Source: the human T2T-CHM13v2.0 reference genome, Homo sapiens
Assembly (NCBI RefSeq): GCF_009914755.1
Contig: NC_060937.1
Strand: one strand, 5' to 3'
DNA length: 64,000 nucleotides
The notes beneath the pieces were generated by a model. The model worked only from the letters and a program-made list of their open reading frames with translations, had not been told where the DNA came from and did no database searches. Made by a program: the position numbers and the translations under genes. Positions 1-11,560 of the stretch are shown one piece after another (position 1 is the stretch's first letter; the number at the start of each line of letters is the position of its first letter).

Positions 1-154
1 ATAAAAGTAGAGTTTTTAATTTGTTGTGCATCAAACTGTGTTTTTCAGTTTTCTTTTTTTTCAATTAATCCCTCTCCACTTGCAAATCTCACAAATAGAA
101 TGTGATGATGTTGTTTAGTCATTTTATTTGATACTTCTAGATAGTTAATCTAAT

Positions 155-290
155 TTTGAAAAAATTATTTAATAATTTTAATAATATAATAATTCTATTA
201 ATTAAATTCTATTAATTTAATTTAATAATTTTAAAAAATTTTAATATTTAAAAATTATTTAATAATATACAATAAATTTTGGGAGCTTTT
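155..290. repeat. AT-only low-complexity tract
   Basis: Almost exclusively A/T. AAAAATTATTTAATAAT occurs at 160 and 250, and AATTCTATTAATT occurs in tandem. Confidence 0.8.
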
Positions 291-1637
291 TAATTTTGTA
301 ATTGAAATCCTTGGTTGTGTTTTAAACATAGTTTAATTAAATTAGGTAGCTAACAAACTTTACTTTTTTCTCTGTACAGCGTTGGTGTTGTGTTAGAGAT
401 ATGGGATGACTCAAGGCTTCAAACAGATCCTTCCCCTTCTCTTTTCCTCCCCCTTTCCTCTTCCTTCATCATCTTCATCTCCTTTTTTGCTATGCTCTTC
501 TTTTATGCAGACTGTTTAAGGTAAATTATATATATATATATAATTTAATTAAAGGTTCATCTAGAGTTAACTGTTATGTAGGTTTGAAAATGTGTATTGA
601 GCTCAACTTAAAATTTTTTCCAGAATATCATTTGACATCAAGATACTAGTATATGCTCACATTAAAAAATGTTTATTGTTTAAGACTCTTTAATATTTAT
701 TAATTTTTTCATTTAAAATATGTTTCTCCGAAAAGCTCTTTAATGAAATTATGACTTTTGGGTTATTTTGTTACTCATTCACTTATACAAGCTTGAGATA
801 TTCTATACACGTTTGTGCTAAATAAAAAACGATCTTTTACTTCAACATGTGAAAATGAAAACAGTGACTTCTTCAGCAACAATATTACCAAAACAGTTTT
901 TATATAACTGCTTTTCTATTGCTCTCAGTATTATCAGGACTGGTATCCGAGGGTTTAGTAAATTTGGAGCTTTATAATTTAAATCCAATCATTTTTACTC
1001 AAGACCAATTCTCTGTTCTTTGGATTACTGATTTTGGAAGCTTGGAAAAACATGTCCTCAAAAGTAGGGTTCTTTCAACTGGAAATGTTGGTTTTACATG
1101 CGCTGTCGCTTAGCCTTCTCTAATGATTTTTAGCAGATGGGTGTCAGAGCAAGCAAAAAGCTTGAAGTGGCTTTTACTTGTATAGTTAGGATTGGAGAGT
1201 CTTCCAAACACAAATAACTTTATTTTTTCCTCTGAATATGAATTTGGTGCTGATGAAAGGGTCAGGCAGATAACTGTTGGCCTTGTAAAGAGTTTTCTAG
1301 AAAATACATGACATATGGGTAAAAATTCTTCCTCTTATAATTTACCCCTGATTTAAAAGATTTAAAAGATTCCCACTTTGAGGACCAAAGAAGCAGTTTT
1401 CTGTGAGTGACCTGAGATTCTTGGAAATTTCAGCTAAAGCTTTGTGCAATGCTTTAAAGTGGTGGTTGAAAGCAACAGCCTGCTAAACTTCAGAAAGTAG
1501 ACATCCTCAGAATTTCTAATAGTATATGTGAATAAATGTACTTCCTTTAAAATGCACACTAAACGTATGCCAAATATGCAAACTTTAATTGTATATACAT
1601 GCATATAGATACTCTTGCTATTTTAAAAATTAATTTT

Positions 1638-1918
1638 GGCTGGGCACAGTGGCTCACGTCTGTAATCCCAACACTTTGGGAGGCTGAGGCGGGTAGATCA
1701 CCTGAGGTAAGGAGTTCGAGATCAGCCTGGCCAACATAGCGAAACCCTGTCTCTACTAAAAATACAAAAATTAGCCAGGCATGGTGGCAAGCAACTGTGG
1801 CCCCAGCAACTCAGGAGGCTGAGGCAGGAGAATTGCTTGAACCCGGGAGGCAGAGGTTCCAGTGAGCCAAGATCGCGCTACTGCACTCCACAAAAAAATA
1901 AAAGATAACAATAAAAAA
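1638..1918 (+). mobile_element. Alu (AluS class) with a short deletion just before the tail
   Basis: GGCTGGGCACAGTGGCTCAC start, TACTAAAAATACAAAAA linker; sequence jumps from CTGCACTCCA directly to the A-rich tail. Confidence 0.95.
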
Positions 1919-2679
1919 TCCATTTTGAATGAGCGTATCATAGTAAAATATCTCTGATGTGGAACATTGATTTAAAGCATTTTCGTGTTTGGAACACAGT
2001 CTGAAAATCAGGATGACTTTAGTTTAGTAAGACAAAAAATAAATAGTCAGGAGTCCTTATCTTTCCACTTTGAAAGTGCTTGAGGGCAAGTTGATCTGAG
2101 TACCTAGAATTGATGTTCCTAACATTTCCAAGGGTGTTTCCAATCCTATGCCTATTTTTATTTCTTTCTGTGTATTCGTTTGTTCTCCATACTGACCATG
2201 GAACTTATGGTCCCAAATGGTTCATTATGTTCTTCTGTTAGGATTTGTATGACAACTAATTATTTGTATAAAACTAATTATGTGTTTCTGAAAACAAAGG
2301 GACACTTACATCTGATGAGTGGGGGCCTCATACAATCCCTAGGACAGATATTTTACATATTTTTAAAACGGTGTCTGATTGAGTCTGTAGGTATTATTCT
2401 TTGTAAGATACTTACAGCTCCACAGGTGGATTGAACTCCCTGAAAGAAAGTAGGGGAGGCCAAAGGTTTGGCCTGGAATACAACTTATAAAGTTTAAATG
2501 TTAAATTCCTATTTAAAATGGTTTCTGGCTAGTAGTTTCTCCTAATTCTTATACAAACATTTGAAAAATTGAAATCCACAGTAACATTAAGAATTAAGAC
2601 ACACATTTGCTAAAACTTAGGGAAAGTTCCATAACGGCCAAACTGATACAACTCTATTGAAAACCATATTCAATGACAG

Positions 2680-2970
2680 AATGGCTGAGTGGTTAAGAAG
2701 ATAGACAGACTTGGTTCAAAACCTGGTTCTGTCACTGTCTTGCTGTGTAACTTGGGCAGTTTGCTTAACCTTTTGGTGCCCCAGTTTCCTCACCTGTAAA
2801 ATGGAGGTCATAGTAGACTCTCCACAAGGTTGTTTTTTTCCAAGCTTCCAAACTCAGTAATCCGAAGAACAGAGAATTGGTCTTAAGGTTTAAATGAATT
2901 AATACTGTGTTTATACATGTTGAACAATGCCGGGAACATGGTAAACTGCAGAAAACGTTAGCTATTATTA
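2680..2970 (+). mobile_element. MIR SINE
   Basis: MIR core GCTGTGTAACTTGGGCAGTTTGCTTAACC...CAGTTTCCTCACCTGTAAAATGG; 3' end GTTAGCTATTATTA. Confidence 0.8.
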
Positions 2971-3549
2971 TGCAACGGCCCAACTATACTGTGTTTGCTT
3001 GACATCAGATCAAACTGTCCTTCATCCCCACTCACTCTCTGAATCGTGATTCAGTAGAAAAGAGCTGAATCAATAAGAAAACGGAGAAGCTAATTTATGT
3101 GCTTCATTGTCTCTCTGAAGCAGTTTTACCATGGGCTTATGCCGACTGGCACTCTTATGAATGTCTGTTCCTATTACCTTTTTATTAGAGAGGCATGTTT
3201 TATAATAATTCTATAACTAAGCTGTTGTAAGTTCTTATATTACCTGTGGGGAACTGAAGTTCAGAGATACAAAGTGAATTAGTGCCAGAATGGAGAAAAG
3301 AACTTGGACTTTTCATCAGCAGGCCTATTGTAGAGAAGACTTACAAATCAATAACTCTAAATATCTAAGTAGAATTTACCAGTGCTTAACTGTTTTAAAC
3401 ATGCACTGGAAATATTTGAATGAAAATGTAATTTTTCCAGCTTTCCTTAAATACTTGTGGAAACTGTTGCTTAGGCAATGTTTGTGGGTACTTCATCTTT
3501 GGGAAACACTGCTATGAACATTTTCTTTCATGGCATGCTACTGAAATAA

Positions 3550-4048
<499 letters not shown>

Positions 4049-5515
4049 TTTATTTTTTATTTTTAATTTTAGATTCAGAAGGTACGTGGTCAGATTTATT
4101 ATGTGGCTATGTTGCATGATGCTGAGGTTTGGAGTATGAATGATCCCATCACCCAGGTAGTGAGCATAGTACCCAATAGGTAGGTTTTTAGCTTTTGCCC
4201 CCTCCTCTCTCTTTCCCCTCTAGTAGTCTCCAGTGTCTGTTGTTCCCATCATTATGTTCATAAGTACTCAGTGCTTAGCTCTCACTTATAAGTGAGAACA
4301 TATGGCATTTGTTTTTCTGTTTGTACATTAATTTGCTTAGGATAATGGCATCCAGTTGCATCCATGTTGCTACAAAGGACATGATTTAGTTCTTTTTTTA
4401 TAGCTATGTAGTATTCTATGGTGTCTATGTAGTACATTCTCTTTATCCAATCCACTGTTGATGGGCACGTAGGTTGATTCCATGTCTTTGAATAATGCTG
4501 TGATGAACATATGAGTGCCTATGTTTTTTTTGGTAGACTTATTTATTTTCCTTTCGCTATATACCCCGTAATGGGATTGCTGGGTCAAATAGTAGTTTTG
4601 TATTAAGTTGTTTAAGAAATCTGCCAACTTATTTTCACAGTGGCTGAGCTAATTTACATTCCCATCAACAGCATACAACAGTATATAAACGTTGTCTTTT
4701 CTCTGCAGCCACTTCAGCATCTGGTAGTTTTTGACTTTTTTTTTTTTTTTTTTTGAGAGGGAGTTTCACTCTTTTGCCCAGGCTGGAGTGAAGTGGTGCA
4801 ATCTTGGCTCACTGCAACCTCCGCCTCTGGTTTCAAGCAGTTCCCTGCCTCAGCCTCCCAAGTAGCTGGGATTATAGGCACCCACCACCACACTTGGCTA
4901 ATTTTTGTATTTTTAGTAGAGACAGAGTTTCACCATGTTGACCAGGCTGGTCTTGAACTCCTGAGCTCAGGCAGTCCGCCCCTCTCTGCCTCCCAAAGTG
5001 CTAGGATTACAGCCGTGAGCCACTGTGCCTGGCCTAGTTTTTTTACTTTTTAATAACAGCCATTATGACTGATGTGAAATGATATCTCATCGTGGTTTTG
5101 ACTTGCATTTCTCTGATTACAAATGTCAACATTTTTTCATATGTTTATTGGCCAATTGTATGTCTTCTTTTGAGAAGTGTCTGTTCATGTCTTTTGCCCA
5201 CTTTTAATGGGCTTATCTGCTTTTTGCTTGTTGAATTGTTTAAGTTCCTTTTAGCTTCTGGATATTAGACCTTTGTTGGATACAGAGTTTGTGAATATTT
5301 CCTCTCATTCTATAGGTTGTCTGTTTACTCTATTGATAGTTTGTTTTGCTCTGCAGAAGTTCTTTGGTTTAATTAGGTCCAACTTGTCAGATTTTGTTCT
5401 TGTTGAAATTGCTTTTGAGGACTTAGTCATAAATACTTTCCCAAGGCTGATGTCTAGAATGGTATTTCGTAGGTTTTCTTCTAGGACTGATAGTTTGAAG
5501 TCTCACATTTAAAAT
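4049..5515 (-). mobile_element. 5'-truncated L1 (L1PA15/16-like): 3'UTR plus end of ORF2, interrupted by an Alu
   Basis: 3'UTR ...GATGCTGAGGTTTGG...ATCACCCAGGTAGTGAGCATAGTACCCAATAGG; ORF 4370..4627 is a degenerate ORF2 C-terminus; likely TSD AGT(A/G)ACTT(A/C)TTTT at ~3730 and ~5525. Confidence 0.88.
4736..5034 (-). mobile_element. Alu (AluS) nested in L1
   Basis: Poly-T followed by a full antisense Alu; flanks TAGTTTTTGACTTTT / TAGTTTTTTTACTTTT. Confidence 0.95.
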
Positions 5516-5896
5516 CTCTAATCTAGTGACTTCTTTTAGAGTTTCTCTCTTTATTTTTTGGCAGAGAAAAAAAGAAATGTTCTTCTGGAAACTCTATGAT
5601 AGAACTAAAAAGTATCCCTCTTTGTGTTTTCTGAGTTCATAATTTATATGATATAAAATTTGTATACAATGATTCTCACTATCAAATACTGAGCAATTTA
5701 TACCTTTGGAAGGTATTTACCATACTAATACATTAAAAGTTGCTTTCAAGAAGTAAAAAAAGACAAAGAAAAATACAACTTATTAATACATTCAAATTCT
5801 GCTTCTGTGTTTTGACTGTTTTGAGTTTGATTTGTACCTGCTCTGGATCTAAACACTTGTACTCTTACTTGTATCTCATTGGCATTATTACACATC

Positions 5897-5944
5897 TTAT
5901 TTTATTTTATTTTATTTTATTTTATTTTATTTTATTTTATTTTA
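5897..5944. repeat. (TTTTA)~9 pentanucleotide microsatellite
   Basis: Read directly from the sequence. Confidence 0.95.
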
Positions 5945-6299
5945 AATATATGCTGCCAATAAGGTGAAGCTTAGTAACATGATTAAAGTTAGGGTGGAAA
6001 TAGTTACGCATGCTCAGATTTTTCATATAGATTAACTTGTTTTTGCCACCTATTTCTTATTGCGCCATCATATCTTTTTTACTCTAGAGTGAACTTCCAA
6101 TAGATAAAGTTTTCCATTTCTTCCTAAGCTCTTCTCCCAGTAGAATAAAAGAATAAAGTTTATTCTTGACAATAGATTTGTTAGTCCTCTCATGAAGGTA
6201 ATAAAGCTATCTCATGCAGGTCTATGTGACAATGAGTTTGTAACAAATTGGACCAAAGTAGGCATCGGCATAGATTAAATATTAGATTAGTTAGCTGAT

Positions 6300-6731
6300 T
6301 GCCTGGTTCTCAGTTAAGTCAGCATGTCCCCGCTCCTCTTGCGTCCTCTGCTTTGTATTGCAGGGGTTCAAAGTCTACATTTGTTTTCAGAATCTCTTGC
6401 TGATAGAATTCAAGGTTAGATTTTGCCAAAAAGAAGCATGAGTGCAAAATTTCAAAAAGTGGGAGCCCCCAGTTGCTCCTCAAGTAGCAGAGGGCTGGCA
6501 GATAGGCTTCATTTTCTATGAGTTGCTTACCCTATTGCTGCAGGCAGCTGTTCTCTTGCTAGGAGTTTCTCACAGTTCTGCAGTTTCCTGACTGGGAAGG
6601 TAAGCAACAACCCTGACAAGCAGATACTTACTCTTTCACCCTTCTTATCACTCATGTCCCTGTATTCAATCTCTTCTTACTATAAAAGTTTAATTTGCTT
6701 TTGCCTTTGCTGACAAAACTCTCACTGTGAC
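6300..6731 (+). mobile_element. ERVL solo LTR (LTR33-like)
   Basis: CTGCTTTGTATTGCAGGGG...CTACATTT...GTTAGATTTTGCCAA and the 3' segment CCCTGTATTCAATCTCTT...ACTGTGACA resemble LTR33 as I recall it. Confidence 0.6.
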
Positions 6732-7061
6732 ACTGATATTAACCAAGATTATTTCACTATGACCTTTGCCAAGACATCTCAACTTTCTGTCCTATCATTC
6801 TTAAAATGAGAAGATGAGGTTGCATAACCTTTTTATAGAATTTTGATTCTGGCCAGAATGTGCTCTAGGAAGATGTTTCCTTGGAAGTAAGAGACAAGAG
6901 ATAGTTCTGTACCAGTGGATGTTAACTGTTAGATATGCTTATGTGTAAGTGTTGTTTGGCCTACTCAGTCTTAGTATCAAAAAACATTGATGCAATATTT
7001 CAAGATTTAATTTCACATACCAGTGTGGAGTTGTGAACTGTCTTTAAAATTCAGAAGATCT

Positions 7062-7425
<364 letters not shown>

Positions 7426-7914
7426 CTACTGCATTCTCATCTTGTCCTATTTGGCCTACCAAGGCTGTATCAATTGTCATGTAGCACTGTTCAGGTGATT
7501 TTTTTTTCCTTACAGGAAAGAGTTATTGTATTGAACCCATTCTCCTATTAAAAGAGATAAAATTAAAGATACATAAAGGAATAAGTTTCAAAAAGTGATA
7601 AAGAGCACTGTTTTGTGCCAAATGTGTCTACAGATGTCTACATACTTATTTGGCAATTCCTGACATACTCCACACATTTATTTCATTTGGCTGTCTCCAA
7701 AAAGGATTTAAGTTTATGAGAACTGGTCTAGACTCTAGTGCTGGCTTTTTGCCTTATTTGGGTCACAAAGTCTTTAAAGAATATTATGAAAACTACTGGA
7801 CACTACTCTAGAAATGTAAGAACACAAACATAGAATATTTCAACAAGAGATTTCTTTGAAGTCTTGCTTGCAACTAAGTTTAATAAGATCCTTTACTCCT
7901 GAGCAGTTTTTCCT

Positions 7915-8031
7915 GCTAAATGAAGATTCAGATTCAGTAGGGCTGGGAGGTTTCTGAGATTGTGTATTTCTAACGAGCTTTCAAGTGATGTTAACATTGT
8001 TGGTTCGGGGGTCACACTTTGAGTAGCAAGG
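7915..8031 (+). mobile_element. MER5B-like hAT-Charlie fossil
   Basis: GATTCAGTAGGGCTGGG...ATTTCTAACGAGCT...CACACTTTGAGTAGCAAGG. Confidence 0.7.
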
Positions 8032-8079
8032 TTATGGTGGTTCTTAAATTTTCTTTGGATATTAGATCTCTAGAGACAG

Positions 8080-8381
<302 letters not shown>

Positions 8382-11369
8382 TAAAGGTTAATGCCCAGCC
8401 AATGGTACTTTTAAATAGCTCCCATCTGAGTGGTTGAAAACATCTGCTCTACGTCAAAGGTTCTTTTACCAAAATAAGAAGAGACAGGAAGAAAAGCCAG
8501 TAAGAGGGGTCTAGGCATTAGGTGGATGTTGTAATGGAGAGAAGTGGTGCCAACTAAGAAGGCAAGGGCTTGCCAATGACTAACAATTTTGTTTTTCCAA
8601 GACTGACCAGTTTCTTTTTCCTATAGTGGAAAGAACAGCAGTGTATTAATGCTGCAAAGAAATTTTATAGTGATCTGCTGTCATTGAAATCATAGAGATG
8701 GCTTAGCAGAGGTTACCAAATCTTGAACTCCCCTCTTGGTCAGTTCCACAAGTAGACCATGAGTTGAAGTAAGAAAGAACGAGTTTGGTAGAAATGAATT
8801 TTCTAGTCATTGTTTATTAGTTCCAAGGCAGTATTTTCCCCTTATGATGTGTCCTGTCCCAAGCTACTAAAAAGGCACAAAAGTTTCTGCAGTAGATTTT
8901 ACATCAGATGAAAAATTAGTTTAAAACAGGGTTCATTGACAGTTGTAGGGCGGATGCCTTCTTTCACAGGTAGTCCATAACAATTTAGGAGAAAACATGA
9001 CTATGTAACACAAAAGACATGGGTCCATGACACTGCTTGATCCAGGCTTCAAAGACAGAATTGAAAGCTGAACTTAAATTGGTGTCAGATCAGTGGAAAG
9101 AAGTTCTCACAAGTGATATCACAGTCTGGGTCATTAATGTTCCTTTCCCCTCTCCTTACATTGCAACCTCCATGTGCATACCTCTAATTAGTGCAGCTGG
9201 AACCAAGGAGGCTTCTGATGACGATTATGTGGAAAATTTCCAAAGACGCATTTCCATTTTAAAGAGAACCTAAAGCATAACCTGAATCAGCTCCCCCTTC
9301 AAAAATTCTATTCCTGCAGGGAAAAAAGTAATTATATGTATTTAGGTATAGATAGCTTTTGTAAAAAATAATTTTTAGTTGACACCACCTAATCACAAGG
9401 AATTATTTCATAATCATGAAATAATAATAGTCCTAAAACTCTAAGGTTCAAAGAAACCCTTCAGTAAAATTTGGCTCCTGATGCCTATATATATACTTAC
9501 TAAGTGATGTCCTAAAGTATATTTGGCAGTAATTTTTTCTGCTAATTTTACAATTAAACTTCTCTATCATGCACCATCAAGTCATTAGTCAGCCATCATC
9601 TTTTGTTCTTTGACTTCTGAACATGTGGTAGAGTTATGTAAAAATGGACATGACATTTAAAACATCTCAAAATACTTATGGAATATTGCTCTTCTCTGTC
9701 TGACTCACACTTCATAGAGAAGAAAGCAGACGATGGAATCTCTCCGAGTGATGACAGACGGGGCTACTGGGTGACAAGTGGTGAAGCATCCAGGAGCCAG
9801 CAGCTGCCAGTGGTCCCCTTTACCCATGAGGTCAGCATCTCGAACACATATCCTTCTCTTCACATAACAGACTTGCACCTGTCTTTCAGTTGGGAATGAC
9901 AAAGAAAATATTTTTCTGCTCTCTTCTACTCTGTTTTCTGGTGATTTCCTCTTTGATCCTGCCCCAGAGAACAGATGTTCTGCATCCACTAAGGTTGGTT
10001 TTACATTGTTTTGGCTTTCAAGGAGTGTTTTTAACATTCCTGCTGATGATTTAGCATAAATTGTTCTTGTAATTAGCGTGGTTAATGAACTCCCCACCTA
10101 TCTTTTAGTAGGTAATTACAAAGCTGGTGTATATTAGCAGGTACTGTATAAAGATGAGAGGAAGGCTGGTGATTATGGATTCCATCCTCATGTCTCTAAG
10201 ACCAAATCCCAAACGGTTTAATCATCATCAATGTCAACCTTTGCCATATCTTCATTCTACATGCCATATATTATAATGTTGCATTTACATTTCATCTTGA
10301 CTTTGATATTTGCTCCCTCAGAATAGAGGTGCCCTGATTAGACAAGGCTACTGGCAGTTGAAAGAAATGTTTTAAAAATATGCATGTGCCATTACCAATT
10401 TCCCACGAGTGATTCTCTCTTTTACTGTGTGTGTTTACCAAAGGCTTTTTGTTTTGTTTTGTTAGATGTAGTTATGGCTAGAAAAGATTGAGTCTGTGGC
10501 AAAAGACTGAGTCTGTGGCAAAAAATTGACAATTACCAAGAGCTCCATAGTACGATTTTTTTAGTCAGGGGCAAGGGGACAGGAAGAAGGAGGTCTCTTC
10601 ATGTAGAATGTAAACTTATTGAGTATTTCAAATATATAAGCATAATTTATATATGTATGTGTGTGTATTTATATTCACTAAAGTCCTATTATAAGAATTG
10701 TATATACAACCTATAATTATTGTCATCCTCTTCCTACACTCCTTTCTCTCTGATCATTTCCTGTCAACTTTTGGTTAAATAATATTGGGCAATCATAGAT
10801 GTCAAGAATCTTCTGGACCAATCAACCATTGAATTTCAAATATTTATTAAAGAACTGAGTGGTTAGATGTCTGCACTCAGAGCTATTCCTGCCAAACATT
10901 CACTGTGCTAGGTGCCACATCTCTCTACCACTTCTCTCAGGATTTGCTGCTCCTTGTACCTTTCATTCCTCCCTCAAGTTTTAGGGACCAGAGGATGAAC
11001 TTCTGAATAGATAATTCCATTTTGCGGCTCTGTACCCTAATTATGAGAGACTTGGGAGAGGAAGATCAAATTTTTCCTGCTTCCTTGATATTTATGACTA
11101 TAGACGTTTACTTAAAGAAGAGTGGGCATGCTTTGACCAGAAAGATAGTGCAGAAGAAAAGTGTCAGTAATGAGAAGCAATGGCTGATTGGAATTCTAAG
11201 TTCTGAAAAGGACATTGTTATTTATGGAGCATATACCTATAGAATGTCGACTGGCTCCACTATACTACACAAAGTTGGGGAATTGGAGTCTATTGTCAAG
11301 GAACACACAATAGTGCGTTCTCTCCATTTAGGGGTGCCTTTGAATGCTGCTGAGCAAAACATGACAAGA

Positions 11370-11560
11370 GTCCATTGCACATGGGTTCAAATATATACAT
11401 TTCCCAGCTGTGTGACTTGTAGGAAACCACTTAAATGTTCTTAGCCTCATTCTCTTCTTCTTTAAAATTGATAGTTCATGATGTTGTGAAGATTAAATGA
11501 AGTGGTAAGTCTAAAAATTATTTGAAAACTGGAGAGGGCTACAAAAATGTAGAAATAATG
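11370..11560 (+). mobile_element. MIR remnant
   Basis: TGGGTTCAAA...AGCTGTGTGACTT...CACTTAA...GTTGTGAAGATTAAATGA. Confidence 0.7.

Noticed and set aside
5897-5944. (TTTTA)n as a disease-type expansion locus
   Set aside because: Only ~9 units, no TTTCA insertion, and the locus is not identified.
9195-9273. Possible terminal coding exon (AGTKEASDDDYVENFQRRISILKRT*)
   Set aside because: Weak acceptor with an upstream AG, no recognised homology and no upstream partner exon.
11022-11444. 140-aa ORF
   Set aside because: Non-ATG start, 3' end runs into a MIR, and no domain similarity.
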